In this document: piece after piece, positions 36,873-46,891 of the stretch
Numbering within the stretch: the stretch's first letter is position 1
How the letters are laid out: each line of letters opens with the position of its first letter
Assembly (NCBI GenBank): GCA_905479915.1
Contig: CAJQOH010000003.1
Span: 56,546-120,545, forward strand
Length of the DNA: 64,000 bases
Source: an uncultured Flavobacteriales bacterium
Lineage (GTDB): Bacteria; Bacteroidota; Bacteroidia; Flavobacteriales_E; Vicingaceae
Reading direction: 5' to 3'
Notes under the pieces: model-generated
Told to the model about the DNA's origin: nothing
The model's input: only the letters and a program-made list of their open reading frames with translations
The model's database searches: none
Program-made: the position numbers and the translations under genes

Positions 36873-38225
36873 ATGAAAAATATCTGTTTTGTAGCAAATT
36901 ATGAAAAGACTTCTCTTTTTGATGCCGTTGCACAAAAACTTTCTGATGCTAAAATTTATTGGATTGTTGTAAATAAAGCACTCTATAGTGACCTTTTAGA
37001 AAGGTACCCTGCCGAAACTATTTTGCTTATTGATAAAGACAGTGTATTAGAAAAAAAAGAAACCTCGTTTGATACTTCTAAGTACAATTTGAATGAGATG
37101 TGGTATGGAGATAGAGTATTGAAATACGAAAGTTGGGGGCAAAAGTATTTATCAAACCTTTCTGAAATTTATTACAACTTCATAGCTAAAAATAAGATAG
37201 ATTTTATTTTTGGAGAACAAACATGGGCGCATGAATTGCTTGTTCATAGAGTTGCTGATTTAAATAAAGAATTAGACTGTACTTCATTATCACCGCATAC
37301 GGTAAGAATGCCTGCAGGGAAATTTGCTTTTTTTAAAGATGAATTTGAATCTGCAATTAAAACGTACAGGGCAGAAGATTTTACTTACCCAGAGTTTCCG
37401 ACTTTACAGGCTAAAAAACCGGAGTATCTAGCATTGAATGATAAGTTGTTGGATGAAAAATCTAAGCTGTCATATTTCATTAAAAAGATGAAATACTTTT
37501 TTAATGAACGAATTCATGAAGCACATGATCCAACCAAACCAGATAGTATAGCAAGAGCCTTTAAGGGCTTTGTTTCTTATTATATCAATAAGAAACGTTA
37601 TCATTGGTCGGTAAAGGAGATTACGAAGAAGCAGTTAGAAAATAGAAAATTCCTACTTTTTACTTTACACAAACAGCCAGAAGCATCAGTTGATAATACG
37701 GGAAGGTATTATGAAGATCAATTAGAGATTATTAAGAACATATGGAGAATTCTTCCCGAAGATCACTTACTAATCGTTAAAGAACATTCCAATGCTATTG
37801 GTGATCGTAAATTAGAATTTTATCAAACCATTAGTCAGTATAAAAATGTAGAGTTTATTCAATACAATGAAGATTCTTATAGTCTGATAAAGATGTGTGA
37901 AGCAGTATTTACTATTTCAGGTACTGTAGCGTATGAGGCCGCCTTAATGGGTAAGCCAGCATTTACGTTTATACCAATATTTTTCAATCGACTTTCAATG
38001 TGTAGACACATTAATTTTGATACGTTAAGAGATCCACACACTTCTTTACAAAGTTTAATAGCATCTGTAAAACACGATAAGCAAGTAGATCAAGAATATA
38101 CCAACTGGATATACGGCAATAGTTTTGAAGGGATTATAAGTGATTATAATTCTAATCCGGATTGTATGACGGAAAAGAATATAAATGATTTAACATTAGC
38201 TTTCTCAACAATAGTTAATGATTGA
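36873..38225 (+). CDS. Capsule polysaccharide biosynthesis (KpsS/KpsC-like, Capsule_synth) family protein
   Basis: 'LFTLHKQPEASVD...LIVKEH......', 'VFTISGTVAYEAALMGKPAF' resembles the Capsule_synth C-terminal nucleotide-sugar binding pattern. Confidence 0.5.
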   Translation: MKNICFVANYEKTSLFDAVAQKLSDAKIYWIVVNKALYSDLLERYPAETILLIDKDSVLEKKETSFDTSKYNLNEMWYGDRVLKYESWGQKYLSNLSEIYYNFIAKNKIDFIFGEQTWAHELLVHRVADLNKELDCTSLSPHTVRMPAGKFAFFKDEFESAIKTYRAEDFTYPEFPTLQAKKPEYLALNDKLLDEKSKLSYFIKKMKYFFNERIHEAHDPTKPDSIARAFKGFVSYYINKKRYHWSVKEITKKQLENRKFLLFTLHKQPEASVDNTGRYYEDQLEIIKNIWRILPEDHLLIVKEHSNAIGDRKLEFYQTISQYKNVEFIQYNEDSYSLIKMCEAVFTISGTVAYEAALMGKPAFTFIPIFFNRLSMCRHINFDTLRDPHTSLQSLIASVKHDKQVDQEYTNWIYGNSFEGIISDYNSNPDCMTEKNINDLTLAFSTIVND

Positions 38226-39603
38226 TAAATTAAAACATATATTAAAAAGTGAAGGGATTTTTATAGCCATTTCACTTCTTATTCTCTCCGTTTTTTTAAA
38301 TTATAATCTGGCAATTGTTTTTATTCCTATTGTTTTGGTGTACTCGTATTACCAGATAATAAAGAATAATGATTTTACCTATGTAATCATATTAATGTTG
38401 CTGGCAAGATCCATCATGGGCTTGGTTATACCTAAAAATGAAATGTCATTTAATGTGTTCAATTTTATCGTGAACTACCTTCCTTTTTTAATTTATATAT
38501 TCAAGAATCTCACCTTAGATAAAGCTTTAATTGTCAATAATGTTAAGACCATAAAGTTTACGGCAATGTATGCTTTTGGGTTAATAGTGTTAAGTTTAAT
38601 TAATGTTAAGATTAGTTATACCGAATGGCCAGAAGAAGTCTTTCCGATATTAATGTTTGTGGTTTTATTTTCACAAACTAAACCACAAGATTTAAACTTA
38701 AACCTAGATACATTGGTTAAGTTTTTTAGGTATACATTCAGCATTGCTATTGTTCTTTATCTGCTCCCAAACTTTAATGAACTTCAAAGATTTGTATTAC
38801 AAGAGGGGATTATTTTTAGAGAACCTATTGCTGAACTTAGTACAACTATAGCGAATATTCTTATTCGAAATATGAGTTATATTTTTGACTTTAGAATATT
38901 AGGGCAAATTGCAATTATCTATTATTTAATCGTATTCTTTTTAAATAAGAAGTCTAAATTTTTAGACATTTTACTTGTTACGAGTATTATATTATCTACC
39001 TATTCTAGAGGTCCACTCATTATTTTAGTATTGGTTTTAATTCCTATTCTTTTAAGAAAAAGGTTTTATACTTTCAAAAAAATAAAATACATGGTAATTG
39101 CCATTGTTTTACCACTGATAATTTTCAAATTTTACAATCCTCATGAGACGGAGAAAGACATAAATGATACAAATTTTATGGGATCATTTGATGTAACGTC
39201 TCAAGATAATGCAATTTCTCAAAGAGGGGAATTTATGAAATATGCATTTAATAAATTTTTAGAACAACCAATAGGTAGGGGGGTTGGAACAATGTCTTCA
39301 AGAAATGCAGATAACGATATTCATTTTTATGAAAATGGAGAGTTGTCGGTTACCTATCATCAAGTAACAGATGCTTATTATGCACTGTCTTTGGCAGAGA
39401 AAGGTGTTATAGGCTTTCTTTTATTGTTTTTATCCTGTTTCGAAATTTACTTTGAAAGAAAATACTTAATGTCGTTTTTCGTATCACTTGGCTTTGCAGT
39501 TAATATGCTTGGAACAGATATTCCTAAAGAAGGATTCTTTTACTTTGTAATAATAGTTGTTATTTTTCATTTAAATAAAAAGTCACATGCGATTACTAAT
39601 TGA
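38218..39603 (+). CDS. O-antigen polymerase/ligase (Wzy_C) family membrane protein
   Basis: About 11 TM helices, a 'STYSRGPLI' motif, and a large loop before the last helices. It overlaps the upstream gene by 8 nt. Confidence 0.6.
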   Translation: MIDKLKHILKSEGIFIAISLLILSVFLNYNLAIVFIPIVLVYSYYQIIKNNDFTYVIILMLLARSIMGLVIPKNEMSFNVFNFIVNYLPFLIYIFKNLTLDKALIVNNVKTIKFTAMYAFGLIVLSLINVKISYTEWPEEVFPILMFVVLFSQTKPQDLNLNLDTLVKFFRYTFSIAIVLYLLPNFNELQRFVLQEGIIFREPIAELSTTIANILIRNMSYIFDFRILGQIAIIYYLIVFFLNKKSKFLDILLVTSIILSTYSRGPLIILVLVLIPILLRKRFYTFKKIKYMVIAIVLPLIIFKFYNPHETEKDINDTNFMGSFDVTSQDNAISQRGEFMKYAFNKFLEQPIGRGVGTMSSRNADNDIHFYENGELSVTYHQVTDAYYALSLAEKGVIGFLLLFLSCFEIYFERKYLMSFFVSLGFAVNMLGTDIPKEGFFYFVIIVVIFHLNKKSHAITN

Positions 39604-40693
39604 TGCACATGTTTTTGACGATAAGTTTCAAGGCAGTCGATCTTATCTAAAAGGTCTTTACGTTGCTTTAATACCTATTGCTAAAGATTGGGATTTTTAT
39701 TTTGTAGCTCACGATACTGAGAATTTAGAAAAAGAGTTTGGCACATTTAAGAACGTTCATTACCTCAAATACAGCTCTCATAATAAATACTACAGGTTAC
39801 TTGTTGATTTGCCTAAATTGGTAAAGAAAAACAAGATTGATGTAGCGCATTACACCTACATTTCTCCATTAATAAAGAATTGTAAAACAATTATAACGCT
39901 TCATGATATCTTATTTAAAGAGAATCAATTTAAAAAGTATTTTCCGCTTAAGTATAGATTAATAAATGATTTTTTATTCAAAAGGTCGGCTAAAAAATCA
40001 GATCTATTGGTTACTATATCAGAGTACTCAAGAGGTAAAATTTCTGATTATTATAAGATAAAAAAGGAAGATATTTACATTACTCCAATAGCTGTTTCTA
40101 CTGATTTTACTCCTGATGGTGTTGCTTCAATTAAAGAGAAGTATGGGTTTGATAAGTTTATTCTTTTTGTAAGTAGAATTGAGCCAAGAAAAAACCATGT
40201 AGCTCTTTTACAGGCATACAATGAGTTAGGTTTAGCAGAAAAAGGATATAAGTTGGTTTTTATTGGAGTAGAAGATATTGTAACCGATGAATTAAATGAT
40301 TATAAGCAAAATTTTAAGGAACAATTGGCGGGTAATGTACATTGGTTAGAAGGAATTTCTTATAATGAATTAAAAGGTTTTTATAAGGATTGTGATTTGT
40401 TTGTGTTTCCATCCTATGGAGAAGGGTTTGGAATTCCACCTTTAGAAGCTATAGTAATGGATAGGAAAGTTTTGTGTTCAACAGCAACAGCATTGGCTGA
40501 TTTTAATTTCCCAGAAAATATGAATTTTGATCCTTTTAATGTAGAAGAGCTTAAAGTAAAAATGAAAAATATACTTGAAAGTGATTCTTCTGAAATTGAA
40601 GCAGTAAAAGAAAGTTTATTGTTAAAGTACAATTGGGAAAGCATCTCTAAGGATTTTTATGATCTAGTATCTCAGAAGTTGAATTTAAAATAA
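39587..40693 (+). CDS. Family 4 (GT-B) glycosyltransferase
   Basis: 'FVSRIEPRKN' and 'FVFPSYGEGFGIPPLEA' form the EX7E motif region. Confidence 0.85.
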   Translation: MRLLIDAHVFDDKFQGSRSYLKGLYVALIPIAKDWDFYFVAHDTENLEKEFGTFKNVHYLKYSSHNKYYRLLVDLPKLVKKNKIDVAHYTYISPLIKNCKTIITLHDILFKENQFKKYFPLKYRLINDFLFKRSAKKSDLLVTISEYSRGKISDYYKIKKEDIYITPIAVSTDFTPDGVASIKEKYGFDKFILFVSRIEPRKNHVALLQAYNELGLAEKGYKLVFIGVEDIVTDELNDYKQNFKEQLAGNVHWLEGISYNELKGFYKDCDLFVFPSYGEGFGIPPLEAIVMDRKVLCSTATALADFNFPENMNFDPFNVEELKVKMKNILESDSSEIEAVKESLLLKYNWESISKDFYDLVSQKLNLK

Positions 40694-40696
40694 GTC

Positions 40697-42454
40697 ATGT
40701 TGAAGTTATCAAATTTTAATATCTCTATAATTCTATTTATCGGATGTTTGGTTACTTCATTCTTGTATGCATCTTTTAATTTTGAATGGAGAAATGATCA
40801 AATTGAATCTGTAAACATTCTAGTTGATGAGCCTTGTCAACTTCTTTCTACCATAGTATATGTTACAGAAGAAAATGATCTTGGTTATAATTTTAATGAA
40901 GTACATACAGTAAAAGTGCTGATGATACCACAAGATTCTATTTTGAGTTTTGATTTAAGTCGCTATAAGAATATAAGGAAATTAAGATTATGCGTTGAAC
41001 AGGTGGGAAGAGACTTGTGTTTAAATGAGGTTGTATTTCGTTCAAAAAATAATCGAGACCTTATTGATTTTGATTACTTTCAGTTGAATGAGGAATTGAG
41101 TTCTGTAAATACTACCGGACGGAAAACAGGAATAAATCTACGTTCTATGAATGGTTATATAGAAACTCCTAAAACATTCGTTTATAAAAGTGACTTAATA
41201 AGGATCCTTATATCTGGAGTAGTGATCATATTGATTTCATTATTGTTTAGTTATTATTTCCCTAAAATAATTGAGGGTGATTTAAGTATTCCTAATATAG
41301 CTGAAGTTAGTATCATACTATTTATTACATCAATCTTTTTACCACATCCGATATTTAATATAACCCTGATTATATCGCTATTAATGGTAATTAAGAACTT
41401 TAATTTTAAGGCCTTTATTTTCAATAAGGTTAATTTAATATTTGTACTTCTTTTTGCTCTTTTGTTGTTTAATGATTTGTTTATTTCTGTTTCAGGTTAT
41501 CATAATTTAAAGGCAACCGAAAGATATTTACCACTATTCATTTTACCTGTATATATATCCTGTATTAATGGAGCTAATTTTTTAAAATACTTTCCAATTT
41601 CAGCTATTCTTATCGGTTTAGGAATGACTTTAACTTCTCTTATATCCTTTGGAGTGTCTTACAATTTAAACTGCTTTTCATTTGAAGAATTTGCTAAATT
41701 CACACACCCTGTTTATTTTTCTTACTTGCTATCATTTTCAATGATCTATGTATTTCTGAAAAGTAAATTAGCGTCCCATTATAAAAACATACTTCAATTA
41801 ATGATGTTCCTGTTTTTGATTTTGGCAGGATCAAAAATGGTTATTTCTTTAACCTTGTTGTTTTATGGTGTGTTGTTCATTAAGAACAAAAAAGCAATTA
41901 TCGCTATGATTATTGGTGTTGTCCTTTTAGCTTTTTTTCCTCCCGTTCAGAAAAGATTCCAGGAGATAATTAATGTAGATGACTTAAGTATAATCAATGA
42001 AACTAAAGTTGAAGATGTTAATGATCCTAGAGTTAATGGATTAACACTTCGTGTTTTATTGTGGCAAGAAACCCTAAAGACAATAAACACTCTTCCAAAA
42101 TTTCTAACTGGTTTAGGAGTAGATGATGCTTCAAATGAAGCTTTAAAACTGAATATGGAGAATAGGGGTTTGAGCAAGTATAAAAAGTACTCAACACATA
42201 ATCAGTTCATCAATTTCTATATGAGAACAGGTGTTGTTGGATTTGGTATTTTATTTTGTTTGATCCTCTATATTTTTTATCAGGCTATAAAAAATAAGAA
42301 CAAAATGTTATTCATAATGATAGTTATGTTCACTTTTGCAATGTTAACAGAATCAGTCTTGCAAAGAGTATTGGGAATATATTTCTTTACAACAGTCTTA
42401 TTATTTTTAACTAAACCAGCATTTCTAAATGAAAATAGCGATAATTGGAACTAG
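40697..42454 (+). CDS. O-antigen ligase (Wzy_C) family membrane protein with an N-terminal ~170-aa extracytoplasmic domain
   Basis: One TM helix, then a soluble domain, then about 11 TM helices with 'LILAGSKMV' and 'STHNQFINFYMRTGVVGF'. Confidence 0.6.
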   Translation: MLKLSNFNISIILFIGCLVTSFLYASFNFEWRNDQIESVNILVDEPCQLLSTIVYVTEENDLGYNFNEVHTVKVLMIPQDSILSFDLSRYKNIRKLRLCVEQVGRDLCLNEVVFRSKNNRDLIDFDYFQLNEELSSVNTTGRKTGINLRSMNGYIETPKTFVYKSDLIRILISGVVIILISLLFSYYFPKIIEGDLSIPNIAEVSIILFITSIFLPHPIFNITLIISLLMVIKNFNFKAFIFNKVNLIFVLLFALLLFNDLFISVSGYHNLKATERYLPLFILPVYISCINGANFLKYFPISAILIGLGMTLTSLISFGVSYNLNCFSFEEFAKFTHPVYFSYLLSFSMIYVFLKSKLASHYKNILQLMMFLFLILAGSKMVISLTLLFYGVLFIKNKKAIIAMIIGVVLLAFFPPVQKRFQEIINVDDLSIINETKVEDVNDPRVNGLTLRVLLWQETLKTINTLPKFLTGLGVDDASNEALKLNMENRGLSKYKKYSTHNQFINFYMRTGVVGFGILFCLILYIFYQAIKNKNKMLFIMIVMFTFAMLTESVLQRVLGIYFFTTVLLFLTKPAFLNENSDNWN

Positions 42455-43517
42455 AGGAATCCCTAATCATTATGGCGGTTTTGAGCAGTTTGCAGAGTAT
42501 TTATCTTTAGGCTTAGTAAAAAAAGGACATGAATTATGGGTGTATAATTCTCATTTACACCCTTACCAAGAGAGTACATGGAATGGTGTAAATATTGTCC
42601 ACTGTAAAGATTGGGAGGATAAAATAGGTACTGCAGGACAATTTTTCTATGATCTTAATTGCATTTTAGATTCCCGTAAAAGAGATTTTGATATCATTCT
42701 ACAATTAGGATATACCAGTAGTTCAATTTGGGGTAAGGCTTTACCTAAAAAGCCATTGATCATAACCAATATGGATGGGCTTGAATGGATGAGAAGTAAA
42801 TTCTCTAAAAAGGTGCAAGCGTTTTTAAAGATGGCCGAAAAATGGGCCATCAATACAAGTGACCATTTAGTTGCTGATTCAGTTGGAATTCAAGAACATT
42901 TACAAACTAATTTTAATGTTGATTCTACTTACATACCGTATGGAGCTCACGTATTTAATACTCCTAATACTGCTGTTTTAAAAGATTATGAGGTAGAAGC
43001 TTATAACTATTCAATGTTGGTTGCCAGAATGGAACCAGAAAATAATATTGAAACAATATTAGATGGAGTGGATAAAAGTGAAAATTCTAATCCATTTTTA
43101 GTGATTGGAAAAACTGAAAATGAGTTTGGCCAATATTTGAAGAATAAATTTAAATCCAATTCACAAATTAAATTTATTGGAGGAGTTTACGATATTGACG
43201 TATTGAATAATTTAAGAAATTATACAGGACTTTATTTTCATGGGCATTCAGTAGGAGGAACTAACCCTTCTTTATTAGAAGCAATGTCTTCTAATGCATT
43301 GATCGTAGCCAATGATAATATATTTAATAAAAGTATTTTAGGTGATGATGCCTTTTACTTTAACGATGCTAAAGATGTGGCAACAGTTTTAGATCAAACA
43401 ACCGAAGCTAAGAGAACAACTTTTACCCAGAATAATATTCAAAAAATTGAAACACTTTACACTTGGGATAAAATAATTAATGACTACGAAAAGTTATTCC
43501 TTAAATTAGCGGATTAA
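42429..43517 (+). CDS. GT-B glycosyltransferase with a DUF1972-type N terminus
   Basis: 'MKIAIIGTRGIPNHYGGFEQFAE' is the DUF1972 signature. The C-terminal 'GHSVGGTNPSLLEAM' is GT1/GT4-like. Confidence 0.8.
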   Translation: MKIAIIGTRGIPNHYGGFEQFAEYLSLGLVKKGHELWVYNSHLHPYQESTWNGVNIVHCKDWEDKIGTAGQFFYDLNCILDSRKRDFDIILQLGYTSSSIWGKALPKKPLIITNMDGLEWMRSKFSKKVQAFLKMAEKWAINTSDHLVADSVGIQEHLQTNFNVDSTYIPYGAHVFNTPNTAVLKDYEVEAYNYSMLVARMEPENNIETILDGVDKSENSNPFLVIGKTENEFGQYLKNKFKSNSQIKFIGGVYDIDVLNNLRNYTGLYFHGHSVGGTNPSLLEAMSSNALIVANDNIFNKSILGDDAFYFNDAKDVATVLDQTTEAKRTTFTQNNIQKIETLYTWDKIINDYEKLFLKLAD

Positions 43518-43539
43518 TAGCAATAAGTGTTTTTATTAA

Positions 43540-44898
43540 GTGAATAAAAGTCATAAATATTTTTTAGGTCTTTATTACCGAATCATTGATTTGTTAACAC
43601 TCAATGCTGCTTTCTTTATTGCGGCTATTATTCGATTTAAGGATGAGGATGGCTTTAGTTTTTTAGAAAGTGACTATTTGCCTTTATTGGTTTTTATTAA
43701 TCTTTCATGGATTATCCTTTCTCATTCTCAGAAAATATATAACGTTTTTTTATTTACAAGTAGAAGAAGGTATTTTATACGCGTAGTTTTAGTTGTAATT
43801 ATTCAGTTGGGGTTAACCATTGGGTTTAATGGTTTACTCAAAACCTTTTATTCTCGATTATTTGTATTCTATACTTTTATTGGGTTTGGAGCATTAATGT
43901 TTTTAGGGAGATTAATTATTAATGCGATATATAAAGTATACATCTTTAAAAAATCCAAAAAAAGTACTCTGGTATTGGTGGGTAGCGGATTTTCAATGGA
44001 TGATGTAAAATCTTTTTTAATTGAAAATGCCATTGATAACGATTTTCAGAAAGTAGAATTGTTGAAAGACGCTCAAAACTTAATTGGTCAAGTTGAGAAA
44101 TTGAAGGAAAATTCTCCAATTTCTGAATTGTACATTAATTTATCTGAGGTTAACAATGAGTTGATCGAAGAACTTTCTGCATACTGTGATAATAACTTTA
44201 TCCGATTACGACTTGTTTTGGATTGGCATAAGTTAAGTTCGAAACAGGTTGAGACACGACAATTTAGTCATACAACAATATTGAATATTCCATTAACTCC
44301 ATTAGATGATCCTTACAATACACTATTGAAAAGAGTGTTTGATGTTTTGTTTTCCTCTTTTATCATTTTAGTTTGTTTTAGTTGGCTGTTTCCAATATTG
44401 GCAATACTCATAAAACTTAGTTCTAGAGGACCTGTATTTTTTAAACAAAAACGTACTGGTCTTGATAACAATGAATTTTATTGTTGGAAGTTCAGGAGTA
44501 TGATGGTGAATGAAGATTCTGATAAAGTACAAGCTACTAAGGGAGATAAAAGGATTACTAAAATTGGACGTTTTATTAGAAGAACAAGTTTAGATGAGTT
44601 CCCTCAATTTATCAATGTGTTTAGAGGCGAAATGAGCGTGGTTGGGCCAAGACCTCATATGCTAAAACATACAGAGGAGTATAGTCAAGTAATCGGTAAT
44701 TTTATGAACAGACATGCCATTAAACCTGGTATTACAGGGCTTGCTCAAGTAAAGGGGTATAGAGGAGAAATAGATAGTCCTGATTTACTTTCGAATAGAG
44801 TTCGACTAGATACATTTTATGTTAATAACTGGTCACTTTATTTAGACTTAAAGATTGTCTTTTTTACCATATTTGGTGCCTTTAAAGATCATAAATAA
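43540..44898 (+). CDS. Undecaprenyl-phosphate sugar phosphotransferase (WcaJ/WbaP-like initiating enzyme)
   Basis: The C-terminal 'KRVFD..FS...', 'GPVFFKQKRTG', 'KFRSM', 'DEFPQFINVFRGEMSVVGPRP' bacterial sugar transferase domain is preceded by TM helices. GTG start. Confidence 0.9.
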   Translation: MNKSHKYFLGLYYRIIDLLTLNAAFFIAAIIRFKDEDGFSFLESDYLPLLVFINLSWIILSHSQKIYNVFLFTSRRRYFIRVVLVVIIQLGLTIGFNGLLKTFYSRLFVFYTFIGFGALMFLGRLIINAIYKVYIFKKSKKSTLVLVGSGFSMDDVKSFLIENAIDNDFQKVELLKDAQNLIGQVEKLKENSPISELYINLSEVNNELIEELSAYCDNNFIRLRLVLDWHKLSSKQVETRQFSHTTILNIPLTPLDDPYNTLLKRVFDVLFSSFIILVCFSWLFPILAILIKLSSRGPVFFKQKRTGLDNNEFYCWKFRSMMVNEDSDKVQATKGDKRITKIGRFIRRTSLDEFPQFINVFRGEMSVVGPRPHMLKHTEEYSQVIGNFMNRHAIKPGITGLAQVKGYRGEIDSPDLLSNRVRLDTFYVNNWSLYLDLKIVFFTIFGAFKDHK

Positions 44899-44914
44899 AC
44901 TCATACATTTTTAA

Positions 44915-44922
44915 TACATTTG
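44915..44922 (+). promoter_or_regulatory. Candidate -7 promoter box (TACATTTG), 19 nt upstream of gcvT
   Basis: Exact TAnnTTTG match. Confidence 0.4.
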
Positions 44923-44940
44923 TCCACTAAAATTTAAATT

Positions 44941-46035
44941 ATGGAAGTAGCAGAAATAAAAGACATTGCCCTAAAACAAAAGCATATTGATTTAGGTGCT
45001 AAGATGGTAGAATTTGCAGGATTTAACATGCCTTTGCAATATACTGGTTTAACAGATGAACATTTAAATGTTAGAAGTAATGTTGGTGTTTTTGATGTTT
45101 CTCATATGGGTGAATTTATGGTTACTGGAGAAGGCGCTTTGGATTTGATCCAGAGAATTACTTCAAATGATGCTTCTAAATTAGAAATTGGAAAGGTTCA
45201 ATATTCTTGTTTTCCGAATAATGAAGGAGGAATTGTAGACGATTTATTGGTTTATATGTTAGGAGAGGAAGAGTATATGTTGGTAGTGAATGGAGCTAAC
45301 TTAGATAAGGATTGGAATTGGGTAACTAAACACAATACTACAGGAGTATCGATAGAAAATCACTCTTCAAATATTTCATTGTTAGCCGTTCAAGGCCCTA
45401 ATGCTCAAAAAATGTTACAGCCATTAACCAATATGGATTTGGATATGGTTTATTACACTGTTCAAAGAGGAACTTTTGCAGGAGTTGATAATGTAATTGT
45501 TTCTTCTACAGGATATACTGGTGCAGGAGGATTTGAAATATATTTTGAAAATAAAGATGCAGATACAATTTGGAATGCTATTCAGGAAGCGGGAAAAGCT
45601 GTTGATATGAAGATGGCTGGATTGGCTGCAAGAGATACATTGAGATTAGAAATGGGATTCTGTTTATATGGAAATGACATTAATGATACAACGTCTCCAA
45701 TAGAAGCTGGTTTAGGTTGGATTACAAAGTTTACTAAAGACTTTGTAAATTCTGATAATCTAAAAGCTCAAAAAGAACAAGGAGTTACAAGAAAGTTGGT
45801 TGGTTTTGAATTGGTTGACAGAGGTATTCCTCGTAAAGATTATGAGATTGTTGATGCTGATGGAAACAAAATAGGTGAAGTAACTTCTGGAACAATGGCA
45901 CCATCTCTTGGAAAGGCTATTGGATTGGGTTATGTTACTAAAGAAAACTCAAAAGTAGATAGTGAAATTTACATTGCTATCCGAAACAAAAATATTAAAG
46001 CAAAGGTGGTAAAACTACCATTCTATAAAGGATAA
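44941..46035 (+). CDS. gcvT: Glycine cleavage system aminomethyltransferase (T protein)
   Basis: '[14 protein letters not shown]', 'VFDVSHMG', '[11 protein letters not shown]' and 'ARD.LRLE' are canonical GcvT motifs. Confidence 0.95.
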   Translation: MEVAEIKDIALKQKHIDLGAKMVEFAGFNMPLQYTGLTDEHLNVRSNVGVFDVSHMGEFMVTGEGALDLIQRITSNDASKLEIGKVQYSCFPNNEGGIVDDLLVYMLGEEEYMLVVNGANLDKDWNWVTKHNTTGVSIENHSSNISLLAVQGPNAQKMLQPLTNMDLDMVYYTVQRGTFAGVDNVIVSSTGYTGAGGFEIYFENKDADTIWNAIQEAGKAVDMKMAGLAARDTLRLEMGFCLYGNDINDTTSPIEAGLGWITKFTKDFVNSDNLKAQKEQGVTRKLVGFELVDRGIPRKDYEIVDADGNKIGEVTSGTMAPSLGKAIGLGYVTKENSKVDSEIYIAIRNKNIKAKVVKLPFYKG

Positions 46036-46038
46036 ATT

Positions 46039-46120
46039 AAGTTGAAAGTAAGAAGTTGAAAGTTTGAAAGGTGTGACTCCTCAGAACTTTAAGCTTTTAA
46101 ACTTTTAAACTTTTAAACTT
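46039..46120. repeat. GAAG/CTTC-type purine-arm / pyrimidine-arm hairpin element (locus C), with acttttaa x3 in the 3' arm
   Basis: aagttgaaagtaagaagttgaaagtttgaaagg ... aactttaagcttttaaacttttaaacttttaaactt. The arms pair in several registers, with G-U pairs in the plus-strand RNA. The element fills the gcvT to comB-like gap. Confidence 0.5.
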
Positions 46121-46126
46121 GTTTAA

Positions 46127-46867
46127 ATGAGTGAAGAATCATCAGGGAATACAAGAAAAGTTGAGGTAGTACCATCTCCAGCATTATTTCCAGTTTATTA
46201 TGAAAATAAGAACTGTACTGTTGTTGTTATTGATGTTTTTAGAGCAACATCAGCAATATGTGCAGCTTTTGAGAGTGGGGTAGATAGTTTAATTCCTGTA
46301 GCTAATTTAGAGGAAGCAATAGAATACAAGAAGAAAGGCTTTTTAGTTGGTGCTGAGAGAAATGCAGAGATCGTAGAAGGATTTGACTTTGGTAATTCTC
46401 CAATAGGTTTTAAAGACGGTAGATTTAAAGGTGAAACAATTGTTCTAACAACTACAAATGGTACTAAGGCTATTGATATAGCTAAATCGGCTTCTAAAGT
46501 TGTAATCGGTGCTTTTACTAACTTATCTGCTGTTTGTGATTACATAGAAAAAGAAGATAAAGATGTTCTGCTACTATGTGCAGGGTGGAAAGATCGATTT
46601 AATTTGGAAGATACTCTATTTGCTGGAGCAGTTGCGGAAAAGATTTCTCAAAACTTAAGGTTTAGAAATCTTTCAGACTCAAGCATTGCTGCTATTGATA
46701 TGTATAATTCTGCTAAAGGTGATCTGTTTGAATTCTTAGGAGAATCATCACACAGAAAGAGGTTAAGCAAAATGAATTTGGAAGAAGACATTATTTACTG
46801 TTTAACTAAAGATAAATCTAGTATTGTACCAATTTTAGAGGGTGATGTTATTGTAAGTAGCAAATAA
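46127..46867 (+). CDS. 2-phosphosulfolactate phosphatase (ComB) family protein
   Basis: 'VVIDVFRATSAI', 'GAERN' and 'FDFGNSP' match ComB family motifs. Confidence 0.78.
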   Translation: MSEESSGNTRKVEVVPSPALFPVYYENKNCTVVVIDVFRATSAICAAFESGVDSLIPVANLEEAIEYKKKGFLVGAERNAEIVEGFDFGNSPIGFKDGRFKGETIVLTTTNGTKAIDIAKSASKVVIGAFTNLSAVCDYIEKEDKDVLLLCAGWKDRFNLEDTLFAGAVAEKISQNLRFRNLSDSSIAAIDMYNSAKGDLFEFLGESSHRKRLSKMNLEEDIIYCLTKDKSSIVPILEGDVIVSSK

Positions 46868-46891
46868 ATTTGCTCATTGAGCAGAGTCGAA

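Noticed and set aside
25197-44898. Looked for mobile-element boundaries (integrase, transposase, tRNA, long direct repeats) around the glycan locus.
   Set aside because: None were seen. The locus is flanked directly by pruA (divergent) and gcvT. I cannot claim horizontal acquisition from this window.
44899-44940. Looked for a glycine riboswitch upstream of gcvT.
   Set aside because: The gap to the upstream gene is only 42 nt and holds just a TACATTTG promoter-like box. It is far too short for a glycine aptamer.
46094-46120. The tandem cttttaaa x3 was considered as a CRISPR-like or microsatellite feature.
   Set aside because: There are only three 8-nt units, with no spacers. It is better explained as the pyrimidine arm of the GAAG/CTTC hairpin element.
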